Virus record (IMG/VR): IMGVR_UViG_3300008954_002234
Reading direction: 5' to 3' (one strand)
Source of the DNA: an uncultured virus (IMG/VR IMGVR_UViG_3300008954_002234)
Taxonomy: Duplodnaviria > Heunggongvirae > Uroviricota > Caudoviricetes
DNA: 64,000 nt
Shown here: piece after piece, positions 1-9,345 of the stretch
Layout: each line of letters begins with the position of its first letter
How positions within the stretch are numbered: position 1 is the stretch's first letter
Program-made: the position numbers and the translations under genes
The notes under the pieces: model-generated
The model's input: only the letters and a program-made list of their open reading frames with translations
Told to the model about the DNA's origin: nothing
Databases searched by the model: none

Positions 1-597
1 CACCTTCTTGGTGATCTTTCTGGTCACAAACTCACAGCCTCTCCTAGGTCCTTCGTGGTTAAATAAAATAGAATGAACGGCGTATATATCATAAGACTCT
101 CTGTAAACTTTAACTAAATGTCTTGCTGCCGCTTTTGAAGCCCCGTAAGGGCTTCTTGGCTTAATGGGATGCTTAATATCTTGAGGACTATAATCTACAT
201 CACCAAGCTCTTCAGAGGAGCCAGCGCTGTAAAATCGACAGTCTGGCTTATGTTTTTTAATTGCCTCTAAGCATCGAATAACGCCACAAGCATTTATGTC
301 AAAAACGCTTAGGGGTGTATCCCAGCTAACTCCAACATAAGAGTTTGCCCCAAAATTAATAAGGTAATCTGGCTGAATCCTCATAACCAAATCACTTATG
401 CTGGCAGAGTCTGTCAAATCTCCGTCTACGAGGGTGAATCTATCGTGAGCTATAAAGCTCTTTATGTTATTAAGGTTCGGCGTGCCAGAGCGGCGCTGCA
501 TTCCGTAAACTAGATTGTCCGTGTTGTCGAGGAGATATTCTGCCATGTTTGAACCATCTTGGCCAAGAACACCAGTAATTAATACTTTTTTACTCAT
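1..597 (-). CDS. gmd: GDP-mannose 4,6-dehydratase (3' end beyond window; absent from ORF track)
   Basis: Manual translation from ATG at 597: MSKKVLITGVLGQDGSNMAEYLL...GDLTD...SSEELG...PRSPYGASK...FNHEGPRRG.EFVTRKIT, the Gmd signature. ATGA overlap with the upstream HAD gene; frame open to base 1. Confidence 0.95.
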   Translation of the reverse strand, partial: MSKKVLITGVLGQDGSNMAEYLLDNTDNLVYGMQRRSGTPNLNNIKSFIAHDRFTLVDGDLTDSASISDLVMRIQPDYLINFGANSYVGVSWDTPLSVFDINACGVIRCLEAIKKHKPDCRFYSAGSSEELGDVDYSPQDIKHPIKPRSPYGASKAAARHLVKVYRESYDIYAVHSILFNHEGPRRGCEFVTRKITKKV

Positions 598-956
598 ATA
601 TCTAAATTCCTTATCCCTTTATTTCTCTCTACATTAAAAGCAAAAGCTGTCAGTGTGCCATTAGGCTTTTTGTCATTTACTAAACATCTCGCTCCTCCTC
701 CTACTCCCATAATTAGCTGATCATAGAAAATGTTCATTTCGTGTAACTGTTTTTCAGTAAAAGCTCTCGAGCTCTCTTTCCTGCCCGTGATTAACACTAG
801 GTTATAACCTTTACCCTCCCATTCGTCAATCTTTTCTATTGTACCGTCAAGCGGCAGATCTCCTGTTTTGTATTCACTAGTTGCCTTCGATAGAGTTCCT
901 TTATGCTCTATGAGAGTTCCATCAATATCTAATATAATTGTTTTTGTTGGTGACAT
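594..956 (-). CDS. HAD-superfamily phosphatase (small, capsule-cluster type)
   Basis: ILDIDGTL motif I, LITGR motif II, VNDK motif IV. Confidence 0.85.
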   Translation of the reverse strand: MSPTKTIILDIDGTLIEHKGTLSKATSEYKTGDLPLDGTIEKIDEWEGKGYNLVLITGRKESSRAFTEKQLHEMNIFYDQLIMGVGGGARCLVNDKKPNGTLTAFAFNVERNKGIRNLDI

Positions 957-1015
957 TTTATTATCTTTCTGCTCTGTAATCTCCTCTGTGCTTTAAGCAA
1001 TATCTAATATTAATT

Positions 1016-1267
1016 TTATTGTGTTTTGCAACTGGCATGAAGTTTTAAAAAGTCCCCTTCTTTCATGAGGATTTTTTCTACTACTCCTTCGTTGTTCTCT
1101 AACCAAATCTCGGCTTTCCCTTTAATTATGTAGTTGGTTTCTTTTTTATAATTATGATATTGATAGCTAGTCTTGGTGCCTGCGTTGATGTATATTCTTT
1201 TATAGCAATACTTATCGTTAAGCTCTAGCCATTCCTCTTTGCCCCATGGTTTGTAAATTGTTTTCAT
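1016..1267 (-). pseudogene. Truncated cupin (mannose-6-P isomerase/sugar-isomerase-like)
   Basis: KPWGKEEW...TSYQYH..KKET first cupin motif is present. The sequence diverges after MKEGDF and lacks the second His motif (P...HR); no alternative frame restores it. Confidence 0.6.
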
Positions 1268-1343
1268 ATATTCTCAAAAACTGCTATTAGTTCTGGTTCG
1301 TTACTGGTCAGTCTTCCTGAAGACAGCAAGCAGTTATATTGTA

Positions 1344-2714
1344 TTATTTGTGATAGCTTAAAAACAAATCAAGATCTTCCGGGGTTCCTAATCCCCACAT
1401 TTTATCTATCTCGTAAACCTTGACTTTTTGTCCATCTCCTATAGCCTCATTAAAAACTGGACAAACATAAAACTCTCCATTTATTCTAATATCTTTATTG
1501 ATCATTTGTTCTGCATATTTTACATAATCAGAACCTTTAGCCCAGAAATAAATTCCAACAGTAGCTATATCGCTTATAGGTTTTTTCTCTGCAACTTCAG
1601 AAACGAAGCCTTGATCGTTTAGTTTTGCATAGCTCCACTTAGGATGCGTAGATTTAAAAGTTAAAATTCCTGCATCAATTGTGTCAGCGGTCATAGAATA
1701 CATAAATTCATTACTGTTCCATTCAGCAAGTTGGTCTGAATTTGCTATTAATAATGGTTTGTTATTATTTATTAGTTCTTTGGCTAGGAGCGTAGTGCAT
1801 GCGGCTCCTTCTGTAACTCCCTCAACCTGCACGATTTCACAGTTAGGAGAAATAAGAGACAGGGTCTCTTTTAAATTATACTTTTCGTAGTGAGTTTTTT
1901 GGACTATAAAAATGTGCTTTGCTTCGATATTAAGGTTATCAACAACTTGTTGTATCATAGGTTTACCATTAACTTCAATTAAAGGCTTAGGGAAAGTAAA
2001 TCCCGCTTTTTCGAATCTCGTTCCTGCACCGGCCATTGGGATCAAAACTCTCATATCCCCGCCTTGCCACTTAGGCTTAACTTTACATTCTTTATTAGCT
2101 GTATTCATAGTATCTACTATTTTGTTATAACATAAATCATAAGAATCTCTAACTGCACATAAATAAGAGCCAGATTTAATCGCTCCTTCTCTGCCTATGT
2201 GAGAATCTTCTACAATTATAGCTTCAGTTGGGTCTACTCCAGCTTTAATCATGCATTTTAAATATATTTCAGTACTTGGTTTAGGTTTCAAAACGTCTTG
2301 GTTAGAATAAAAGAAATCTATGTATTCTATTAATCCTTTTTTAAGCAGCATCATCTTTACTGTTTCTCTTATTGCGTTAGAGGCTACACAAATAGATAAG
2401 CCGTCACTTTTTAATCTCTTTAAAATATCAATTATTCTTTTGTCTTCTTTGAAATCGTTTTTAATAATTTTAAAGGTGTTAGCTTGCTTTCTTTTCCAGA
2501 GTTCCTCAGTTTGATGTTTGGGAAAATTTTTATGTTTAATGAGTAGTTCAATCTTGCGCGTTGTAGATAAACCGTCGTAGATAGCTAAATGCTCTTCTCT
2601 TTTTATAATAAATTTTTTATCAAAACTCTCTAAAGCTCTGTTCATCGCATCGTAATGCAACTCCCTAGTCTCGGTTAAAACGCCATCAAGGTCAAAAATA
2701 ATTAATTTTATCAT
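1344..2714 (-). CDS. HAD phosphatase fused to sugar-phosphate nucleotidyltransferase (GT-A fold)
   Basis: N-terminal FDLDGVL...KP...VEDS; C-terminal LIPMAGAGTRF..PKPLI...EVAEKK...GEFYVCP...GLGTPEDL. Confidence 0.9.
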   Translation of the reverse strand: MIKLIIFDLDGVLTETRELHYDAMNRALESFDKKFIIKREEHLAIYDGLSTTRKIELLIKHKNFPKHQTEELWKRKQANTFKIIKNDFKEDKRIIDILKRLKSDGLSICVASNAIRETVKMMLLKKGLIEYIDFFYSNQDVLKPKPSTEIYLKCMIKAGVDPTEAIIVEDSHIGREGAIKSGSYLCAVRDSYDLCYNKIVDTMNTANKECKVKPKWQGGDMRVLIPMAGAGTRFEKAGFTFPKPLIEVNGKPMIQQVVDNLNIEAKHIFIVQKTHYEKYNLKETLSLISPNCEIVQVEGVTEGAACTTLLAKELINNNKPLLIANSDQLAEWNSNEFMYSMTADTIDAGILTFKSTHPKWSYAKLNDQGFVSEVAEKKPISDIATVGIYFWAKGSDYVKYAEQMINKDIRINGEFYVCPVFNEAIGDGQKVKVYEIDKMWGLGTPEDLDLFLSYHK

Positions 2715-2725
2715 TTATTTAAAAA

Positions 2726-3148
2726 TTATGTTTTAAGGTAATTGGCGCAAACTCCATAACAGCCCAAACTGAGATTGGGTGAAGAGTTCAAGTCTACAAT
2801 AACAGATTTTTTTGTAATAAGTTTATTAGGGAAAGTCCATATAAATTTGTTAGATGTTATTGTGTAGTCGTCTTGATCATGCCAAAAACAATGAATAGAT
2901 TCGTTTGTTAACATTTTCTCTAAAGCTTTTAGATTTTTAGCATGGCACCAAAGCCTTTCGTCTTCTAAAAAGGACTCTTCTACTTTATAAGAGGGCTCAT
3001 CATGGCCTAGAAAAAAACTACCGTTTATGTATCTAACATCTACTTCGCAGTCTAGGCCTTTTGAAAGAGCCATTTCTATCTGAGCGGGGTTATTTTCAGA
3101 CTCAAGACTCGGCCCGTTAAAGTTTCCTCTATGCGCTATTAACCTCAT
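2726..3148 (-). CDS. GDPD/PLC-like phosphodiesterase
   Basis: IAHRGN...EN...EVDVR...LGHD...WCHAKN motifs. Confidence 0.8.
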   Translation of the reverse strand: MRLIAHRGNFNGPSLESENNPAQIEMALSKGLDCEVDVRYINGSFFLGHDEPSYKVEESFLEDERLWCHAKNLKALEKMLTNESIHCFWHDQDDYTITSNKFIWTFPNKLITKKSVIVDLNSSPNLSLGCYGVCANYLKT

Positions 3149-4206
3149 GTTAGTTCTTGGTAATTCGAGACAGCTACTTTAATATTAAGCAGCTCAAAAA
3201 ATTTAGGGTTTATCTTTTTAAGAGCGTATGCATGATTACCAAACCAGCAAAAATGACGGTCAAAGTACAGAGAGTTCAGCTTATCCGCTAAAAAAGTGTA
3301 GTCAGGTTCGCTCATTTGAGAAACATGCCTAATTAAATTAGGTAGTTGAAGGCCGTCTTCGCTTTTAGGTGGGTGATGAAAATCGTAAACCGGCAAGCGA
3401 ACCCCTATTGGTTTAACGTCTTCATCTTGAATGCTTATTATCTTTAAATCAATTTTTCCTTTTAATTTGTTAACATAAAGCCATAGCTCATAAGGCCACA
3501 TTTCACACGCAACCATAAAATAAGACAAAGGTTTATTAATGTTGATAGAGATTTCATCTACCATCTTTTTAAAAAGATCAGTATTTACCATATAGAAACA
3601 GTTTTGCCTAACTGCGCTTTTAATACCTTTCTGCACACTCTCATCTGATGGATCGTAACCAAGCAAGTCGCAAAGTATTAACCTGTTTCTTTCTTCCCAC
3701 TCTTTTCTTTCTGGGCCTTTTGTTGAAACAAATGAATAGTTTTCTTTTGCGTAATTCTCAAATATCTCATCAAAACTAAAGTCTTTTAAGGGCATAGATT
3801 CTGCATCTAAACACCAAACATAATCATAGCCAAACTGCTTTAGGAAAAGAATAGAATAAGATCTTTTGATAGAAACCCACCACCTATGGCCCCCCGCTCC
3901 CCAACACGGAATCGGCCTTACCCCTTTAGACAGTCTTGCTGATATTTCTTCGACTGACTCTTCTACCTTGCATTTGCACTTTGTTATAACTTCTGCCATT
4001 TGGTAATAACTAATATTGTGTAATTTAATTAATTCTGGGTATTTGTTATTAAAGTCTTCTAAACACTTAGGGTTATCAAAAAACACAAATATGGGAGTTG
4101 CCTCTTCGTCTGTGCATTTTTCATTCAAGCCTTTAATTAAGTTATGGGTATACTTAAAGTGGGCTGGAGTTGTAATTATATTAACTGCGCTTTTTATTGT
4201 CTTCAT
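3145..4206 (-). CDS. Putative GT-A-like glycosyltransferase
   Basis: YDYVWCLDAES DxE-type motif after a hydrophobic strand; operon context; ATGA overlaps at both ends. Confidence 0.45.
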   Translation of the reverse strand: MKTIKSAVNIITTPAHFKYTHNLIKGLNEKCTDEEATPIFVFFDNPKCLEDFNNKYPELIKLHNISYYQMAEVITKCKCKVEESVEEISARLSKGVRPIPCWGAGGHRWWVSIKRSYSILFLKQFGYDYVWCLDAESMPLKDFSFDEIFENYAKENYSFVSTKGPERKEWEERNRLILCDLLGYDPSDESVQKGIKSAVRQNCFYMVNTDLFKKMVDEISININKPLSYFMVACEMWPYELWLYVNKLKGKIDLKIISIQDEDVKPIGVRLPVYDFHHPPKSEDGLQLPNLIRHVSQMSEPDYTFLADKLNSLYFDRHFCWFGNHAYALKKINPKFFELLNIKVAVSNYQELT

Positions 4207-4994
4207 ATTAATTCTGGATTTGGATTTACGGCTCCGTTTTTTTCGAAGCTAGAAGTGTATTTTGGATTTATATAATCTATTCTACTTATAGTGGGCTTGA
4301 CTCTTATGTTAACGACATCTCTATAGCCTTCTATAATAGGGTTGGCTCGGTGACATGTATTATTGTTAAATGTAAATGCGGTGCCCTTAGGTCCAGTAAT
4401 TTTTACAGGTTGGTGTCCTGTGTCTTCCAATTCTTTTACTTCTTTATTTACTCTGGAACCATTTGGTGCGCTGTTCCATTTATCTGGTCCGACTCTATGA
4501 CCGTTAAACATGTAGCCTTTGCCGTCTGGCTTAGTCAAGTATTCAAAAGGCGAATTTTCTGTGGAGACATCATTTAAATATATTATATTTTTTACTATTT
4601 CATCTGGGTTATTATCATAATGCCATATATAAGAAGAGTCTCTTTCGCATTTTGTTGTTCTATATATATAGATTTTATCGACATACAAATGACAACCATG
4701 CATAGTGTTTTCTAGATGTGGCACAATATAATTAGACATGGTTTGTAGCTCATCTATAATGCTCCATATGTCTGGATACTGGAGCATAATACCTTGCTCC
4801 TGACTATTTGAAAAATAGTTAAAAACTTTTTGAGAAGCTGAGTCTGTCGCTGCTTTATAATCCTGACCAAAATTATGGGTAGGTAGAGGCCTAGCAGGGT
4901 CGTTGTAAAAGTTTTCAAGTTTAGGGGGCATAAGGCCTCTGTTGTCTTGCCTCCACTTCTCTCTGCAAAGATTGAAATATTCCTTATAGTTCAT
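4203..4994 (-). CDS. 2OG-Fe(II) dioxygenase (PhyH-like)
   Basis: WHYD...IIYLNDV...PFEY...CHRA...R facial triad. Start moved to ATG 4994 (ATGA overlap). Confidence 0.8.
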   Translation of the reverse strand: MNYKEYFNLCREKWRQDNRGLMPPKLENFYNDPARPLPTHNFGQDYKAATDSASQKVFNYFSNSQEQGIMLQYPDIWSIIDELQTMSNYIVPHLENTMHGCHLYVDKIYIYRTTKCERDSSYIWHYDNNPDEIVKNIIYLNDVSTENSPFEYLTKPDGKGYMFNGHRVGPDKWNSAPNGSRVNKEVKELEDTGHQPVKITGPKGTAFTFNNNTCHRANPIIEGYRDVVNIRVKPTISRIDYINPKYTSSFEKNGAVNPNPELI

Positions 4995-6136
4995 TTTGGG
5001 TCCCAACATATAAATATAACTCTGTATCCGGTAGAGTAGGCGTCATAAGCGAAAAGAAACCTAACTCCATGAAAAAACTGCCAAAAGAATTTTCTAATTT
5101 CTTTTAGTCTGATGTTCATCAATTTGTGGTTTGCTGTGGACTCAAAGCAAAGATACTCAGTCTTTTTTGCTATGTTGCCAATAAAGTCTTCTGCCCCTTT
5201 AGTGTGTGGGTATATCTGATGCAGAACCGAAGATAGGAAGGTTAAGTTATATTTATTCGTGTCGTTTTTAATAAAGTCTACCGCATCTGCTTGGATATAT
5301 TCTATGTTTTTAAGCCCGGTTATCTCGTCTCTAATTTCAGAAGCAAGCTCTATATCATGATCATACAAATCTACTCCAGTAACGGATTCGGCTCCGGCTA
5401 GGCTGGCTTGTGTTGAGAAAAAACCCTCGTTGCAGCCCAAGTCTAAAACCTTGTTTCCTTTGGCTTTATTCATATAGTAAAAGTTTAACTTCCTATAGCT
5501 ATCAAAATTCTTTCCGTCACTGCTGTACCCTTTAAAAGAAAAGCCGTTGCTGAATGTGTGGCCTTGATAGATTTTACCTTTCCACTTATTGTCTCCTTTG
5601 GACAGATACCTTTTTACTGCGTTAGAATAAATTTTTTCACAATCTTCTTTACTTGTTTGAGTTGGGATATGGTATCTATTTTGGTCAACTTTAAAGCGAT
5701 GAAAGTCTGCTATCTTATCTCCTATAATATTACCCTTCTTGCACCACTCGTCTTCTGGTGTTATGTTCTCTTCTAGGAAAGCGTTGTTAAGTTTGTTAAG
5801 TAGGTAGAGCGGAGCTTGTAGTTCTTCTTTTATGAACTCATGGTCTTCTTGTGGTATCCAGCTGGGCATCCAATGGGGTAATTCGTCATCATTTAAATGC
5901 TCAACCTTCATTAAAAGCTTATCAGAATCTATGTTATGATTGATTATCTCTGGAAAAAAGCTAAAGCCCTTAGACTTGAAATAGGATAAATTTTTGTCTG
6001 TTTCGGTTAAAGAATGGTACTTTGGTCTATTATCTTTAATGATTTTTATCCCTGTCCCGTCTCCGAGGTTAACATAAACGCAGTCGTCCCCTTTTAGGGA
6101 CTGTTTATTTTTTAAATTTAATTCAGAGAGTTTCAT
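4991..6136 (-). CDS. Kinase-like domain fused to class I SAM methyltransferase
   Basis: N-terminal GIKII...MKVEHL...KGNIIGDKIADF (degenerate kinase-like). C-terminal KVLDLGCNEGFFS...VTGVD...LSSVLHQ. Start moved to ATG 6136 (TAATG overlap). Confidence 0.7.
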   Translation of the reverse strand: MKLSELNLKNKQSLKGDDCVYVNLGDGTGIKIIKDNRPKYHSLTETDKNLSYFKSKGFSFFPEIINHNIDSDKLLMKVEHLNDDELPHWMPSWIPQEDHEFIKEELQAPLYLLNKLNNAFLEENITPEDEWCKKGNIIGDKIADFHRFKVDQNRYHIPTQTSKEDCEKIYSNAVKRYLSKGDNKWKGKIYQGHTFSNGFSFKGYSSDGKNFDSYRKLNFYYMNKAKGNKVLDLGCNEGFFSTQASLAGAESVTGVDLYDHDIELASEIRDEITGLKNIEYIQADAVDFIKNDTNKYNLTFLSSVLHQIYPHTKGAEDFIGNIAKKTEYLCFESTANHKLMNIRLKEIRKFFWQFFHGVRFLFAYDAYSTGYRVIFICWDPK

Positions 6137-6804
6137 TATATTTTTTCTGCTAGAGTAAACTGCCAATCGTAGTCTATGTCGAAAGCTTCTAGCTCGTTCA
6201 TAGGAAAAAGTTTTATATCTCCTTCTTCAAAGAAATCTCCCATGAACTTATTATCTTTTATGATATCCATTCTTGAGGCATAAAGAACATGCGCTGCTTT
6301 GTAGGTAGGCTCTACGGCTTTTGTGTTCATTATGGTTTGATTCTCTGGCCAAGGGGTAATTAACAAACCTTCTTTATTCCAAAAATAATCTTTTTGCTCT
6401 ATAACTCCAAATAAGTTTTCCTCTTTTTGCTCTATAAACTGTTTAGTAAACTCGTTAATCGTGTCAGTTTTTAGTAATGGAGAGCAGCCGTTAATCTTAA
6501 TAACATATTTAAAAGGTAATTTGTCGTGCCACTCATAGATCTTCTTGAGGCTATTATCGTTATTTGCTGATTCGTAGCTTCTTTTGAATACATTTACTCC
6601 TAGGTTCTTCGCCTCTTTTACTAGTTCGTCTTCATATACAGATACATAAAAATTTTCTTTAGGTATGTAATCGCTAAGTAGAATTTTTGTCATTGCATGC
6701 TTAAATAAATTAGTCCCTTTAAAAGGTCTTAACATTTTATTAGGAACTCTCTGAGAGTTTAGTCTGGCTTGTACAACAAATAATATATCTTTTATATCTT
6801 TCAT
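6136..6804 (-). CDS. neuA: Acylneuraminate cytidylyltransferase (CMP-nonulosonate synthetase)
   Basis: VQARLNSQRVPNKM..., CSPLL, FDIDYDWQF motifs; lies two genes from NeuB. Confidence 0.85.
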   Translation of the reverse strand: MKDIKDILFVVQARLNSQRVPNKMLRPFKGTNLFKHAMTKILLSDYIPKENFYVSVYEDELVKEAKNLGVNVFKRSYESANNDNSLKKIYEWHDKLPFKYVIKINGCSPLLKTDTINEFTKQFIEQKEENLFGVIEQKDYFWNKEGLLITPWPENQTIMNTKAVEPTYKAAHVLYASRMDIIKDNKFMGDFFEEGDIKLFPMNELEAFDIDYDWQFTLAEKI

Positions 6805-7847
6805 GTTTCCTTAGTAGCAAAAATGTCACTGGATTGATTTCCTGAGTGGCCTTGACCTAAATTGTTAAAGCAAGTGTCGGGGAAGGTTAGTAAGTACTGC
6901 CAAAGTAAAACAAACTGCCTTCTGTAAATATCTTCTGACCCTATTTTAGTCGGGGCCTCGTCTACTCCGTCCTTATCTATAGTCTTATATTCTTTATCAT
7001 CCTCGAACGAGTGTTTATGTCCTAGCGGATGGCCGTCTACCCCGAGAAAATCTACTTGAGAAGCTTTTAGTGCTGCCGCTAAGGCTAAAAGTCTGGGTCC
7101 TGCTCCTAATTTAGAGAAGTAACGAGTATGAAAGACAAAGCCGTCAGGGTATTTCTTTTTAAAGAGAAGTAGCTCGTCTTTAGTTTTAAAAGGCTGGACA
7201 AATGCATCTATTCCCCAGTATGTACTAGGTAAGCGCGCTGTATTGAGGTACTCTAGCAACTCTGCATCGTTTAGATCTACATTACCGCCTATCGAAAACA
7301 TATCTAGATCTAACTTTTTAATATGTTTATTTAAAAAGAATTTAGTGCAAGACCATATAAAATCATAACTGCCTAGGTTTACGGAACTAAACCTCTCGCC
7401 TAGGGTTGGGCCAGCACCTAAAATTAATATTTTTTTACCTTTGTATTTATTGTATTCATATTTAGGTAAATCTGTTATAAGCTCTGTGTTGTATGTGAAT
7501 GGCCTATTAAATAAATAACCATATTTATTTCTAACAAAGTGTATGCCGTTTAGTGGATTTTTTACAAAATCCTCTTTAGAATTTAGAAATGAAAACTCAT
7601 GAGGCCAATTCAGGTAATTTTCAGAGCTACTAAATATAGCTCCAGTTTTATTGTCAATCCATAGATCGTCTACCTCGCCTTTCTCGGACAAAAATAAAGA
7701 TTGAATCTTTTTGAGTTCTTCTAATTTTAAGTTTTTATAGTTGAATAGGAGTCTCCTGTTGAAGCCGCTCTCTTTAGTGTAAACTTGAGAGCAGTCATTC
7801 CATATTATGAAGTCTTTAAAAAAACGATTGTTAGCTTCTGTTGGCAT
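6801..7847 (-). CDS. Maf/DUF115 (MptE-like) putative nonulosonate transferase
   Basis: KKILILGAGPTL...WSC...LGVDG motif set of the GT29/GT42/Maf-like fold; sits between neuB and neuA. Confidence 0.6.
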   Translation of the reverse strand: MPTEANNRFFKDFIIWNDCSQVYTKESGFNRRLLFNYKNLKLEELKKIQSLFLSEKGEVDDLWIDNKTGAIFSSSENYLNWPHEFSFLNSKEDFVKNPLNGIHFVRNKYGYLFNRPFTYNTELITDLPKYEYNKYKGKKILILGAGPTLGERFSSVNLGSYDFIWSCTKFFLNKHIKKLDLDMFSIGGNVDLNDAELLEYLNTARLPSTYWGIDAFVQPFKTKDELLLFKKKYPDGFVFHTRYFSKLGAGPRLLALAAALKASQVDFLGVDGHPLGHKHSFEDDKEYKTIDKDGVDEAPTKIGSEDIYRRQFVLLWQYLLTFPDTCFNNLGQGHSGNQSSDIFATKET

Positions 7848-8686
7848 TAGCCTCTTAGTTTTTTTCTCACTGGCTTTTCGGAGTCGGTGACCTTGATCTT
7901 TCCATCTCCATAAGCTTGTTCTAGCTCTCTAATTCCGCTGACTAACTTGAATAGACCTTGGGGCTCAACAGAGCTCATGTGGTCAGACCCCCACATAGTT
8001 CTGTCTAAAGTAACATGTCTTTCTATAATAGTCGCACCAAGGTAGACTGCTGCAACAGAGGTTCCTAATCTAAATTCATGACCGCTGTAGCCTATATCTA
8101 TATTACTATACTTTTCTTTTAGGGTTTTTATGCATGATAGGTTAAGCTCGTTTATCGGTGCTGGATAGGTAGAATTGCAATGGAGTATCGCTATATCTTT
8201 ATAATCACAATGAACTTCTAACTCGCTTACTGCCCGATCTATTTCCTTGGGGGTGCTCATTCCTGTTGAGATTATGATTTTTTTGCCCGTGCTTCCTGCT
8301 GCTTTTATAAGTTTTTTGTTAGTTATCATAGCCGAGGGAATCTTGATAAACGGAATATCGTATTGCTCTAAAAACTTAAGGCTATCAAGGTCCCAAGGAG
8401 ACGCGCTCCAAGATATATTCTGTTGATTGCAATATCTATCTATTTCATCGTACTCCTCTTGTCCAAATTCTACTTTATATTTATACTCTAAGTAAGTCAT
8501 CTCCCCCCAAGGAGTATCCCTCATTACATTCTTTTGGTGTTCGGGAACACAAACATCTGGGTTTCGTTTTTGAAACTTTACCGCATCGCAACCTGCCGCG
8601 GCTGCAATATCAATTAGCCGCTTAGCTGTTTTTAGACAACCGTTGTGATTTATTCCTATCTCCGCTATAATATAAGTCTTCTTCAT
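7847..8686 (-). CDS. neuB: N-acetylneuraminate-synthase family protein (short form, no AFP-like domain)
   Basis: IIAEIGINHNG...DAVKFQK...ISTGM...LHCNSTYP...GYSGHE...IERHVTLD. Start moved to ATG 8686 (ATGA overlap). Confidence 0.95.
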   Translation of the reverse strand: MKKTYIIAEIGINHNGCLKTAKRLIDIAAAAGCDAVKFQKRNPDVCVPEHQKNVMRDTPWGEMTYLEYKYKVEFGQEEYDEIDRYCNQQNISWSASPWDLDSLKFLEQYDIPFIKIPSAMITNKKLIKAAGSTGKKIIISTGMSTPKEIDRAVSELEVHCDYKDIAILHCNSTYPAPINELNLSCIKTLKEKYSNIDIGYSGHEFRLGTSVAAVYLGATIIERHVTLDRTMWGSDHMSSVEPQGLFKLVSGIRELEQAYGDGKIKVTDSEKPVRKKLRG

Positions 8687-9345
8687 ACTTTGAATCTTTT
8701 TCCAAGTTGTTTTGATTTTCTTTCGTACCACTCTTTTATACGGTTTTTGTCTATGACTTTAGCTTGCATTTCTTTCCAGTTACCGTTCCAGTGCTTCGGT
8801 ACTATACCCGCTTCTTTTAATGTTGTAAGAGCGTCTATGTCGTCCTTAAATGTATATCCTTTTTTGGGGCCGTGCCACTCATAGAAAAATTCATTAATAT
8901 AATTTAATACATTTTTGTTTTTTAAGTCTTCGATTATTCTATATTCTGCTCCTTCTATATCAAGTTTTAAAACTATATAATCTTCTTTACAAAAGTTATT
9001 TAAAATCCAATTTGCAAGGCTTATTGACTTAGGCTTAAAATCCCTGAGTCTCGCTATGAAACTAGCGCCTGTCTTTGGGGTGAACTCGTCGACAGCCGCT
9101 CCTCCTTCTCCGCTACCATAAAAGTTAAGCTCGCCTTCTGTATCCTTATCCCAGACTGCAACAGGAATGTTTATGTTTATATTAAAATCTGGATAAAGCT
9201 GCCTTTTGAAATTCAGCTTCTTTTCAAAATCTTGGTTTGCCTCGAAACAGTGAATTTCGTAGTCCTTTGGATTATCCCGTGTCTCTATAAACAACTCTAT
9301 GGATTGGCCAAGGTTTGCTCCGCAATCTATGAATACTTTCTTCAT
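8683..9345 (-). CDS. FkbM-family methyltransferase
   Basis: FIDCGANLGQ...CFEAN...LKLDIEGAEY...EWH. Start moved to ATG 9345. Confidence 0.9.
   Translation of the reverse strand: MKKVFIDCGANLGQSIELFIETRDNPKDYEIHCFEANQDFEKKLNFKRQLYPDFNININIPVAVWDKDTEGELNFYGSGEGGAAVDEFTPKTGASFIARLRDFKPKSISLANWILNNFCKEDYIVLKLDIEGAEYRIIEDLKNKNVLNYINEFFYEWHGPKKGYTFKDDIDALTTLKEAGIVPKHWNGNWKEMQAKVIDKNRIKEWYERKSKQLGKRFKV

Noticed and set aside
1268..1343. Possible hammerhead ribozyme (CUGA...GAA)
   Set aside because: The core CUGANGA and GAAA motifs are not present.
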